Below are positions 57,213-64,000 of a stretch of 64,000 nt of DNA, one piece after another. The notes under the pieces are model-generated. The model searched no databases, was not told the origin of the DNA, and saw only the letters and a program-made list of their open reading frames with translations. Source of the stretch: an uncultured Dehalococcoidia bacterium. Its GTDB lineage: Bacteria; Chloroflexota; Dehalococcoidia; UBA2247; RBG-13-53-26. Numbering within the stretch: position 1 is the first letter of the stretch; each line of letters opens with the position of its first letter. The position numbers and the translations under genes are program-made. The stretch spans positions 11,684-75,683 of the forward strand of contig CAZTYW010000001.1 in the NCBI GenBank assembly GCA_964617695.1. Reading direction: 5' to 3'.

Positions 57213-57361
57213 CACGCCTCAGCCGCTGCCACATCTCGCTTCGGGCTCCGACCCGACTGGTCAACCCATGTGAGCTGCCAGCCACGGGTGACGTTTGGCC
57301 AACGCGCTTCCTGTGACAGGAGCCACAAGAACTGAGACGGAGCACCGCAACGGAACGCGCT

Positions 57362-59047
57362 CTACATCGTCTCGGGCGCGGTCATACCCATGAGGTGCAA
57401 AGCGCGGGCAAAGACAATCTTGGCAGCCTCAACAAGCTTCAGCCGAGCTGCCGTCAAAGACTCGTCATCGGAAATCACCCGGCATTGCCTGTAAAAGCTG
57501 TGAAACAGCGTGGCCAGGTCCTGAGCGTAATACGGAAGGTGATGAGGTTCGAGGTTGCCAGCAACCATCTCCACCACCTCCGTTAGCTGAAGCATCTTTC
57601 TAATGAGAGTCAACTCAGGCTCACTGACAAGCAGACTCACGTCACCCTGGCTGTAGTCTATGTTTCTGTCTCGGGCGAGACGGAGAATGCTGGAAATGCG
57701 AGCGTGAGCATACTGAACGTAATAGACCGGGTTGTCAGCAGACTGTCTCTTGGCCAGCTCCAGGTCAAAGTCCATCTGACTATCTACTGAGCGCGCCAGA
57801 AAGAAGAAGCGACAGGCATCCGCACCAACCTCCTCCACCAGGTCTCGAAGAGTGACCAGTTCCCCGCTGCGCTTGGAAACCCGGATCTCGACATCGCCGC
57901 GCCTCAGCGTCACCATCTGGGTAATTATGACTTCCAGCCTGCCGGGGTCAATGCCCAGGGCGTGAACAATCGCTCTCATTCGAGGCACGTGTCCCTGGTG
58001 GTCAGCCCCCCAAATGTTGATAACCCGATCGAACTTGCGCTCCAGGAACTTGTTATAGTGATAGGCAACGTCAGATGCAAAGTATGTCGGCGTGCCATTG
58101 CTGCGCACCAGCACGTTGTCCTTGTCCCCACCCATTTCAGACGAGACAAACCAGACCGCACCCTCCTTCTCAGCTATGTACCCCGCCTGCTCCAACAACG
58201 ACATTGCCTTCTGATACTGCCCCCGATCATACAGGTCTCTCTCGCTGAACCAGACGTCGAAGTTGACACCCAACAGTTGCAGGTCATCCTTGATCGAGTC
58301 AAGGACCCTTCCTAGCCCGATCGCTCCTATCTCGGCAACCGCCTGCTCGTGAGGCAGGTCAAGCAGGCTACTGCCTCTTTCGGCAACGATCTGCTCCGCC
58401 AGGTCCACCACGTAGCCGCCGTGGTAGCCATCCGCTGGTATCTCAGCACTCACACCCAAGGCTTGCTGGTAACGCGCGTATAGGGACCGGTAGAAAGCAT
58501 CCATTTGAGCACCAGCGTCATTGACATAGTACTCCCTCTCCACAGCATATCCACAGGCATCCAGCACATTCGCCAGAGTATCCCCCAGGATCGCCCCCCT
58601 CCCGTGCCCGACGTGCAGGGGTCCAGTGGGATTGACGCTCACGAACTCCAACTGCAGCCTCGAGCCCTTCCCCAAATCCACCTGCCCGCACGCCTCACCA
58701 GCCCGTAAGATGACTTCAACCTGCTGGGTCAGCCAGTCATTCCTCAGAGTGAAATTGATGAACCCCGGAGGCGCCACCTCTATCTTCTCCACCTCCGGGA
58801 TGGGCGCAATCAACTTTGCCACGCTCCGAGCCAGGTCCAGCGGACGGGCCCCCACGGCTCGAGCCAGCTTCAGAGGCAAATTGCAGGCGTAGTCTCCGTG
58901 AGCCACATTCTGGGGATGCTCAACAGTAATCTGAGGTAGATCGACCTGGGGTAGTGAGCCAGTCTGCTGCGCCTGGACAGCAGCCTGCTCCACAATACGG
59001 GCAATCTTGTGTTTAAGCATGAAGACTCTGGCTTGTTCCGACGACAA
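57362..59047 (-). CDS. argS: arginine--tRNA ligase
   Basis: SVNPTGPLHVGHGRGA (HIGH), ...DHQGHV.R......MSKRSG-like VSKRSGELVTL, C-terminal anticodon-binding domain ending in M. Confidence 0.93.
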   Translation of the reverse strand: MSSEQARVFMLKHKIARIVEQAAVQAQQTGSLPQVDLPQITVEHPQNVAHGDYACNLPLKLARAVGARPLDLARSVAKLIAPIPEVEKIEVAPPGFINFTLRNDWLTQQVEVILRAGEACGQVDLGKGSRLQLEFVSVNPTGPLHVGHGRGAILGDTLANVLDACGYAVEREYYVNDAGAQMDAFYRSLYARYQQALGVSAEIPADGYHGGYVVDLAEQIVAERGSSLLDLPHEQAVAEIGAIGLGRVLDSIKDDLQLLGVNFDVWFSERDLYDRGQYQKAMSLLEQAGYIAEKEGAVWFVSSEMGGDKDNVLVRSNGTPTYFASDVAYHYNKFLERKFDRVINIWGADHQGHVPRMRAIVHALGIDPGRLEVIITQMVTLRRGDVEIRVSKRSGELVTLRDLVEEVGADACRFFFLARSVDSQMDFDLELAKRQSADNPVYYVQYAHARISSILRLARDRNIDYSQGDVSLLVSEPELTLIRKMLQLTEVVEMVAGNLEPHHLPYYAQDLATLFHSFYRQCRVISDDESLTAARLKLVEAAKIVFARALHLMGMTAPETM

Positions 59048-59062
59048 TGCCCCGCTACAGGG

Positions 59063-59977
59063 CTAACGAGGAACCCTCAATGAAGGCAGGCTGAACCTTC
59101 TACCTCTCCTCTCCTCGCCAACAGCTCGTTGGACCTCTCCCCGTCCCTGCCTGAGGGCCACCACCAGGGCGCCGGGACCACCATGAACTCCCAGCCCTGG
59201 GCCAACTCTGGATACTATGGACTCCTTCTCCGGGATAAGCGACTTCAGTCGCGTGACGAGGCTCTCCGCTTCTTTTGGCACGGTGTTGTGCACCACAGCT
59301 ATATCCTCAACAGGCAGGCGTTTCTTGACAAATTCATACAGGCGCTCCAGACCTTTGACGCGAGTGCGCGCCAGGCCCACCGGTGCCACCTCTCCATTGC
59401 GCATGGTGATCATTGGCTTCACCTTGATCATAGCTCCAAGCAGGCGCGAAGCTCCGCCCAGGCGTCCACCTCTGAGTGCATACTTCAGTGTGTCAAGCAC
59501 AGCAAGAACGTGTATTCTAGGAATGGAGTTCCACACCACCTCCAGCACCTCCTCCATGCCAGCACCAAGCCGCGCCTTCTCAGCGGCAGCCATGGTAACA
59601 AGCCCCAGGCCCATGCTCACCGACTCGGAATCAACCACCTCAACACGGCATGCACGCTTCAACTCCTCTTTGCCCAGGACGGCCGACTTGTAAACAGCGC
59701 TTAGCTTGGAGGTGACTACCACCGAGACGATCTCGTTGCTCTCCTCAGACAGCCGATCGTAGACCTCGGCAAAATCGCCCGGCGACGGAGCCGAAGTCGT
59801 CGGATGCACCCGGTCGTCCTGCAATCTGCGGTAGAACTCGTCGCCGCTTATGTCGACTCCATCCCGGTACGTCTTGTCGCCAAAATGCACATATGCAGGC
59901 ACTACCGTGATGCCCAGCGCTTCCGCTATTTGAGACGGGATATCGCAAGTGCTATCAGTGACTATCCTTACCGTCAT
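59063..59977 (-). CDS. DegV family fatty-acid-binding protein (FakB-like) with a basic C-terminal tail
   Basis: VRIVTDSTCDIP......GI.VVP..V.FGD..YRDGVD......TS.PSPG.F. About 25 extra Arg-rich residues at the C-terminus. Confidence 0.85.
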   Translation of the reverse strand: MTVRIVTDSTCDIPSQIAEALGITVVPAYVHFGDKTYRDGVDISGDEFYRRLQDDRVHPTTSAPSPGDFAEVYDRLSEESNEIVSVVVTSKLSAVYKSAVLGKEELKRACRVEVVDSESVSMGLGLVTMAAAEKARLGAGMEEVLEVVWNSIPRIHVLAVLDTLKYALRGGRLGGASRLLGAMIKVKPMITMRNGEVAPVGLARTRVKGLERLYEFVKKRLPVEDIAVVHNTVPKEAESLVTRLKSLIPEKESIVSRVGPGLGVHGGPGALVVALRQGRGEVQRAVGEERRGRRFSLPSLRVPR

Positions 59978-60810
59978 CAGTTCTCCAACACAGCGACACC
60001 GATTACATGCGGGCCAACGTGTACTCCTACCGCAGGCCCAACCCTGGAGATATAGATACGCCCCCTAGGGAACAGGCCACCCAATCGGTCAGCCAGTGCT
60101 TCTGCTTCGTCGGGGGTAACGGCATGCTCAACGGCCAGCTCCCTGATGCGAGGATAACTCTGAACAAAATCGACCAGCCTGTCTATTGCCTTGGACCGAC
60201 TCCGCTCCCTGCCGAAAGGGTGTACTTCACCACCCTTCACACCAATGATGGGGTTCACCTTCAGTACAGACCCCAGCAGCGCCTGTGCCCTGCCGATGCG
60301 CCCACCCTTTCTGAGATACTCAAGAGTATCGAAGCACATGTAGACGTGTGCCTTCGGAACGGCCTCCCTGGCAGCATCGATCAAGCGGTCCAGGTCTGCA
60401 CCCTTCTGAGCCTCTTTGGCACACGTGATGACTACCAGGCCTTCCGCCATACCCCCTGTCTCAGAGTCGACCACCTCCACCCGACACCTCTTCTTCATCT
60501 GCTCCTTGCCCCGAAGGGCTACTTCACAGACGGCGCTGAGTTTGGCGGAAGCGTGAATGGAGAGGATCTCATCCGTTTCTTCGGCCAGTCTGTCATAGAC
60601 TTCGCTCATTTCTCCCGGCGACGGCGTACTGGTGACAGGCAACCTGCGGTTCGTTGCCAACTTGCGATAGAACTCATCAGTGCTCAGATCCACACCATCC
60701 CGGTAGACATCTGAGCCGAAGCGCACATACAGAGGGACAACAACAATGCCAAACTCTTCAGCTAGCTTAGGGGGGAGATCAGCAACGGTATCCGTTACTA
60801 TTCTAACCAT
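59977..60810 (-). CDS. DegV family fatty-acid-binding protein (FakB-like)
   Basis: VRIVTDTVADLP......GIVVVPLYVRFGSDVYRDGVD......TSTPSPGE; paralog of the downstream gene. Confidence 0.87.
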   Translation of the reverse strand: MVRIVTDTVADLPPKLAEEFGIVVVPLYVRFGSDVYRDGVDLSTDEFYRKLATNRRLPVTSTPSPGEMSEVYDRLAEETDEILSIHASAKLSAVCEVALRGKEQMKKRCRVEVVDSETGGMAEGLVVITCAKEAQKGADLDRLIDAAREAVPKAHVYMCFDTLEYLRKGGRIGRAQALLGSVLKVNPIIGVKGGEVHPFGRERSRSKAIDRLVDFVQSYPRIRELAVEHAVTPDEAEALADRLGGLFPRGRIYISRVGPAVGVHVGPHVIGVAVLEN

Positions 60811-60824
60811 AGCGGCTGCCCACG

Positions 60825-62483
60825 CTATTCGACAGAGGCAATGTAATTATAGTGGGGCTGACCCCCGTATACCAGTTCCAGTTCGAGGTGCGGATACTGG
60901 TGTCGAATCCTGTCCGTAGTCCGCTTGGCTTCTAGCTCTCTTGTGTCCCTGCCATAGTAGATCGTGACTACTTCACTCTGCTCCGTATCGAGACGCGCCA
61001 GCACGTGCCAGAGGACTTCGTCAGGCCTCTCACCCACGTAGGCCAGCTTCCCATCGACGAACCCGATGGCCTGTTTCACCCTGATCTTCAGACGGCCGAT
61101 CTTCGCAGGGCGCACCGCCCGGGTGACCTCTACCGTCGTCACCGCGGAACTGGCCTCCCTCATTAGAGATGCATTCGTCCGCAGATCGGCATCGTAGTTG
61201 AAGCATAAAAGAGCAGCTATCCCTTGCGGCATTGTCTCCGTGGCCACCACTCTTACCTTCTTATCTGTCAGACCGGGCACCTGCCTCACAGTGGGAATGA
61301 TGTTCTTATTGTTGGGCAGGACTATCACCTTGTCCTGCGGTACCGATTCCACCGCCGCCAGCAACTCCCGAGTGCTCGGATTCATCGTCTGACCACCGGG
61401 CACAATAGCAGTCACTCCCAGGCTACGGAACACCTCAGCCAGGCCCTCGCCCGAGACAACTGCCACGGTTGCGATGTCAGCCGGCGGGGCTTGTGCCTTG
61501 GTCGCCTCGGCAAAATCCCTGTGCTGGTCATCCATGTTCTGTACCTTTATCTCGTGAAGTACACCCATCGAGGTAGCATATTGGATAACCTTCCCCGGCT
61601 CAAAGGTATGGATATGGACGTGAACCATCTTCTCATCGCCCACAACAATGAGGCATTGCCCCTGCCTCATTAACCGCTTGACAATCTTGTCCCGGTCCAG
61701 TGGCTTGCGACCTTCCGCCACGAACTCGGTGCAGTATCCGTAGGGCTCCTCAGTCTCCGCCGTCAGTCGTGGCACTCTGGATGCCAGAGCAACGCTGCTG
61801 GGAACGACTTCGGGGCGCCCGTGCTGCATCTCAGCGTCTTCCCCTTTAAGGTACTTGAGGGCACCTTCCAGCACTACGTACAGCCCCTGCCCCCCGGCAT
61901 CGACAACCCCTGCCTGTCGCAGGACAGGAAGCAGATTCGGGGTGTTAGCCACGGAATCCCTGGCCCCCACCACTGCAGCCTCCAAGACTGAAATGAGGTC
62001 CTGGGTCTGCCCAGAAACCTCCCGAGCGGCAACGGAGGCATCCCTGGCTACAGTCAGTATCGTTCCCTCCGTGGGATGCGTCAGCGCCCTATAGGCCATA
62101 GCAGCCCCTTCGGCCAGAGCAACAGCAAAGTCACCGCCAACGAACGATTGCCTGTCCCCCAACCCCTGGGCCAGACCCCGGAAAATCTGAGACAGGATTA
62201 CGCCGCTGTTGCCCCGGGCACCCATCAGGGCCCCACGCGCCATAGCCTGTGCCACCGCAGAGGCGTTGGTATCCGGAGCGCGATACGCCTCTTCGACCGT
62301 GGACCGCATAGTAAGAAGCATGTTTGTACCGCAGTCACCATCAGGTACGGGGAAAACGTTCAGAGCATTGATGTCGGGAGCGCTCTTCTCCAGCCACGAC
62401 GTAGCTGCGCCGAACATCTCCCGCAACTCCCGCCCGTCGTAGGACGCCGCTTTGCTCCCCTTCCTGCCCCGAGCCTCTTGCAT
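60825..62483 (-). CDS. DAK2-domain protein YloV / fatty acid kinase FakA-like
   Basis: N-terminal DAK2 domain: NVFPVPDGDCGTNM...RGNSGVILSQ. 552 aa. Divergent from rpmB, as in many Gram-positive genomes. Confidence 0.85.
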   Translation of the reverse strand: MQEARGRKGSKAASYDGRELREMFGAATSWLEKSAPDINALNVFPVPDGDCGTNMLLTMRSTVEEAYRAPDTNASAVAQAMARGALMGARGNSGVILSQIFRGLAQGLGDRQSFVGGDFAVALAEGAAMAYRALTHPTEGTILTVARDASVAAREVSGQTQDLISVLEAAVVGARDSVANTPNLLPVLRQAGVVDAGGQGLYVVLEGALKYLKGEDAEMQHGRPEVVPSSVALASRVPRLTAETEEPYGYCTEFVAEGRKPLDRDKIVKRLMRQGQCLIVVGDEKMVHVHIHTFEPGKVIQYATSMGVLHEIKVQNMDDQHRDFAEATKAQAPPADIATVAVVSGEGLAEVFRSLGVTAIVPGGQTMNPSTRELLAAVESVPQDKVIVLPNNKNIIPTVRQVPGLTDKKVRVVATETMPQGIAALLCFNYDADLRTNASLMREASSAVTTVEVTRAVRPAKIGRLKIRVKQAIGFVDGKLAYVGERPDEVLWHVLARLDTEQSEVVTIYYGRDTRELEAKRTTDRIRHQYPHLELELVYGGQPHYNYIASVE

Positions 62484-62561
62484 CTTGTTAGCTCCCCTTG
62501 TATTATTGTTGTGGTAATCTTACAGGAAAAATACTCTTTGTCAAGATTGTAGCCAGAGACG

Positions 62562-62747
62562 ATGCCGAAGTGCGATATCTGTGGGAAGACAGCCCAGTTC
62601 GGGCACAACGTGAGTCACTCCAAGCGTCATACAAAGCGCCGCTGGTTGCCTAACATACGTAGTGCCACACTGTCAGTGAACGGAATTGAGAGACGCGTTC
62701 GGGTGTGCACGCGCTGCCTGCGAACCAGCTACAAACTGGTGCGCTAG
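62562..62747 (+). CDS. rpmB: 50S ribosomal protein L28 (Cys-containing form)
   Basis: MPKCDICGK....G.NVSHS.....R.W.PN........NG...RV.VCT.CLR. Confidence 0.92.
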   Translation: MPKCDICGKTAQFGHNVSHSKRHTKRRWLPNIRSATLSVNGIERRVRVCTRCLRTSYKLVR

Positions 62748-62820
62748 TCGACAAGCTCTCTCCGCTGACCATCCGGTAACCGTGCTCCAAGCCAACCGTT
62801 AGACGCTAGGCGCACAAAAC

Positions 62821-64000
62821 CTAGACGCTAGCCTCACCCTCAACAACATTTCTTGCCCTGGTCAGTTGGGCTTCCACCTGCTGAGGCGCGGTGCCACCCA
62901 CGTTATTCCGAGCAGCAACAGAGGAATCCACCGTAATGGCATAGACGTCATCCTCGAAAAGGGCCGAGAAACGCCGGTATTCGTCGAGACCAAGCTGATG
63001 CAAGCCGACGCCCTTGCCGAAGGCATGACTTACCAGCTCGCCCACAACGCCGTGGGCCTGGCGGAACGGCATCCCCTTCCTCACCAGGTAATCAGCCACA
63101 TCGGTGGCCAGACTGTAGCTTTCCTCGGCAGCATGGCGCGTCCGTGAAGAATTCACCTTCATGGTGCGTACCATTCCTGCAAAAACTTCCAGGGTAGAGA
63201 CCAGCGTGTCTACCGCATCAAACAGACCCTCCTTGTCCTCCTGCAAGTCCCTGTTGTAGGCCAGGGGTAGTGCTTTGAGGACGGTCAGGGTAGCCATCAG
63301 GTTGCCGTAGGTCCGTCCAACCTTCCCACGGGCCAGCTCTGCCACATCAGGGTTCTTTTTCTGAGGCATCATGCTGGACCCGGTGGCGTAGGCCTCGTCT
63401 ATGTCGAGGAAATCGAACTCTGCCGACGACCACATAACAAACTCCTCAGCCAGGCGTGAAAGGTGCATCATGGCTATGCTGGCCGCCGCCTGGTAGTCGA
63501 TCACAAAGTCCCTGTCAGACACGGCGTCAATGCTGTTTTGACTTATCTGGCTGAAGCCCAATTCTTTGGCCGCAAAGGCACGGTCAACAGGATACGGCAC
63601 ACCGGCTACCGCTCCGCTCCCCAAAGGCAGAACATCGGCCCGCCTGAGGCAGTCCTTGAACCTGGATATGTCACGCTCCAGCATCTCGAAGTAAGCTAAC
63701 AGATGGTGAGCGAACAGCACGGGCTGGGCTCTCTGGAGGTGAGTATAACCCGGCATGATTACGTGCTTGTTGGCCTCGGCCACATCCAGAAGAGCACTCT
63801 GAAGCTGCCTGACTCGCCTGATTGTGTCTGCCACGGCTTCCTTGGTGAACAGACGCATGTCAAGGGCAACCTGGTCATTCCTGGAACGGGCAGTGTGGAG
63901 CTTGCCCGCCAACTCGCCCACCTTCTCCCCGAGGCGGGACTCGATGTTCATGTGAATGTCCTCCAGCTCAGACTTGAACTGGAATGTCCCCTGCTCGATC
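62821..64000 (-). CDS. argH: argininosuccinate lyase, N-terminus outside the window
   Basis: Frame stays open to the window edge (..EQGTFQFKSELEDIHMNIESRL..). Fumarate-lyase signature GSSMMPQKKNPD. Confidence 0.93.
   Translation of the reverse strand, partial: IEQGTFQFKSELEDIHMNIESRLGEKVGELAGKLHTARSRNDQVALDMRLFTKEAVADTIRRVRQLQSALLDVAEANKHVIMPGYTHLQRAQPVLFAHHLLAYFEMLERDISRFKDCLRRADVLPLGSGAVAGVPYPVDRAFAAKELGFSQISQNSIDAVSDRDFVIDYQAAASIAMMHLSRLAEEFVMWSSAEFDFLDIDEAYATGSSMMPQKKNPDVAELARGKVGRTYGNLMATLTVLKALPLAYNRDLQEDKEGLFDAVDTLVSTLEVFAGMVRTMKVNSSRTRHAAEESYSLATDVADYLVRKGMPFRQAHGVVGELVSHAFGKGVGLHQLGLDEYRRFSALFEDDVYAITVDSSVAARNNVGGTAPQQVEAQLTRARNVVEGEASV

Noticed and set aside
62800-62831. 10-nt direct repeat TAGACGCTAG x2, 22 nt apart, between rpmB and argH
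   Set aside because: It is short, and the second copy overlaps the argH stop codon and last codons. It forms no hairpin with a U-tract and has no further copies. Most likely coincidental.
1-64000. Search for CRISPR arrays, tRNA/rRNA genes, IS elements, integrases and prophage or defence-system genes
   Set aside because: I saw no regularly spaced repeats, no tRNA-like cloverleaf candidates with a T-loop consensus in the intergenic regions inspected, and no transposase, integrase or recognisable defence-gene motifs in the ORF translations. This was a manual scan only; tRNAscan-SE, Infernal, ISEScan and DefenseFinder should confirm it.

Overview
Gene-dense 64-kb chromosomal segment, moderately GC-rich by eye (not computed). 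I found no rRNA, tRNA, CRISPR array, transposase or integrase by manual reading. Layout: (i) 1-3.2 kb, trehalose genes otsA (5' truncated), otsB and a TreT-type synthase. (ii) 3.3-22.9 kb, minus strand, an almost uninterrupted ribosomal superoperon: rpsL-rpsG-fusA-rpsJ-rplCDWB-rpsS-rplV-rpsC-rplP-rpmC-rpsQ-rplNXE-rpsN-rpsH-rplFR-rpsE-rpmD-rplO-secY-adk-map-infA-rpmJ-rpsMKD-rpoA-rplQ-truA-rplM-rpsI. It has no tuf. (iii) 23.4-27.9 kb: an SDR, a VOC/epimerase-like gene, moaC, moaA, rdgB and a class V fructose-1,6-bisphosphate aldolase/phosphatase. (iv) 28.1-30.5 kb: ftsA-ftsZ with no dcw/mur neighbours. (v) 30.7-39.2 kb, accessory cluster: a small wHTH gene, two paralogous aldehyde:ferredoxin oxidoreductase (AOR)-family genes, two SDRs and a tandem triplet of uncharacterised ~186-aa Cys-containing paralogs. 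This is my best candidate for an undescribed system. (vi) 39.2-43.9 kb: MacB/FtsX-type ABC transporter and an 801-aa acidic, C-terminally anchored surface protein. (vii) 44-47 kb: pabB-pabA-pabC. (viii) 47.3-52.1 kb: a HEAT-repeat protein, then a 7TM-GAF histidine kinase with two tandem NarL-type regulators. (ix) 52.6-55.8 kb, apparently lower-GC island: wHTH, RHH-like gene, membrane carboxyl-methyltransferase-like gene and a GH3-like adenylating enzyme, with a cluster of GAACA/TGTTC palindromes. (x) 56.2-64 kb: HDAC-family deacetylase, argS, fakA plus two DegV/fakB genes, rpmB and argH (truncated at the window edge). Gene content and order suggest an anaerobic Chloroflexota (Dehalococcoidia-like) genome; that is inference only. 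All calls come from reading the translated ORFs and the DNA. No database search or computation was run.
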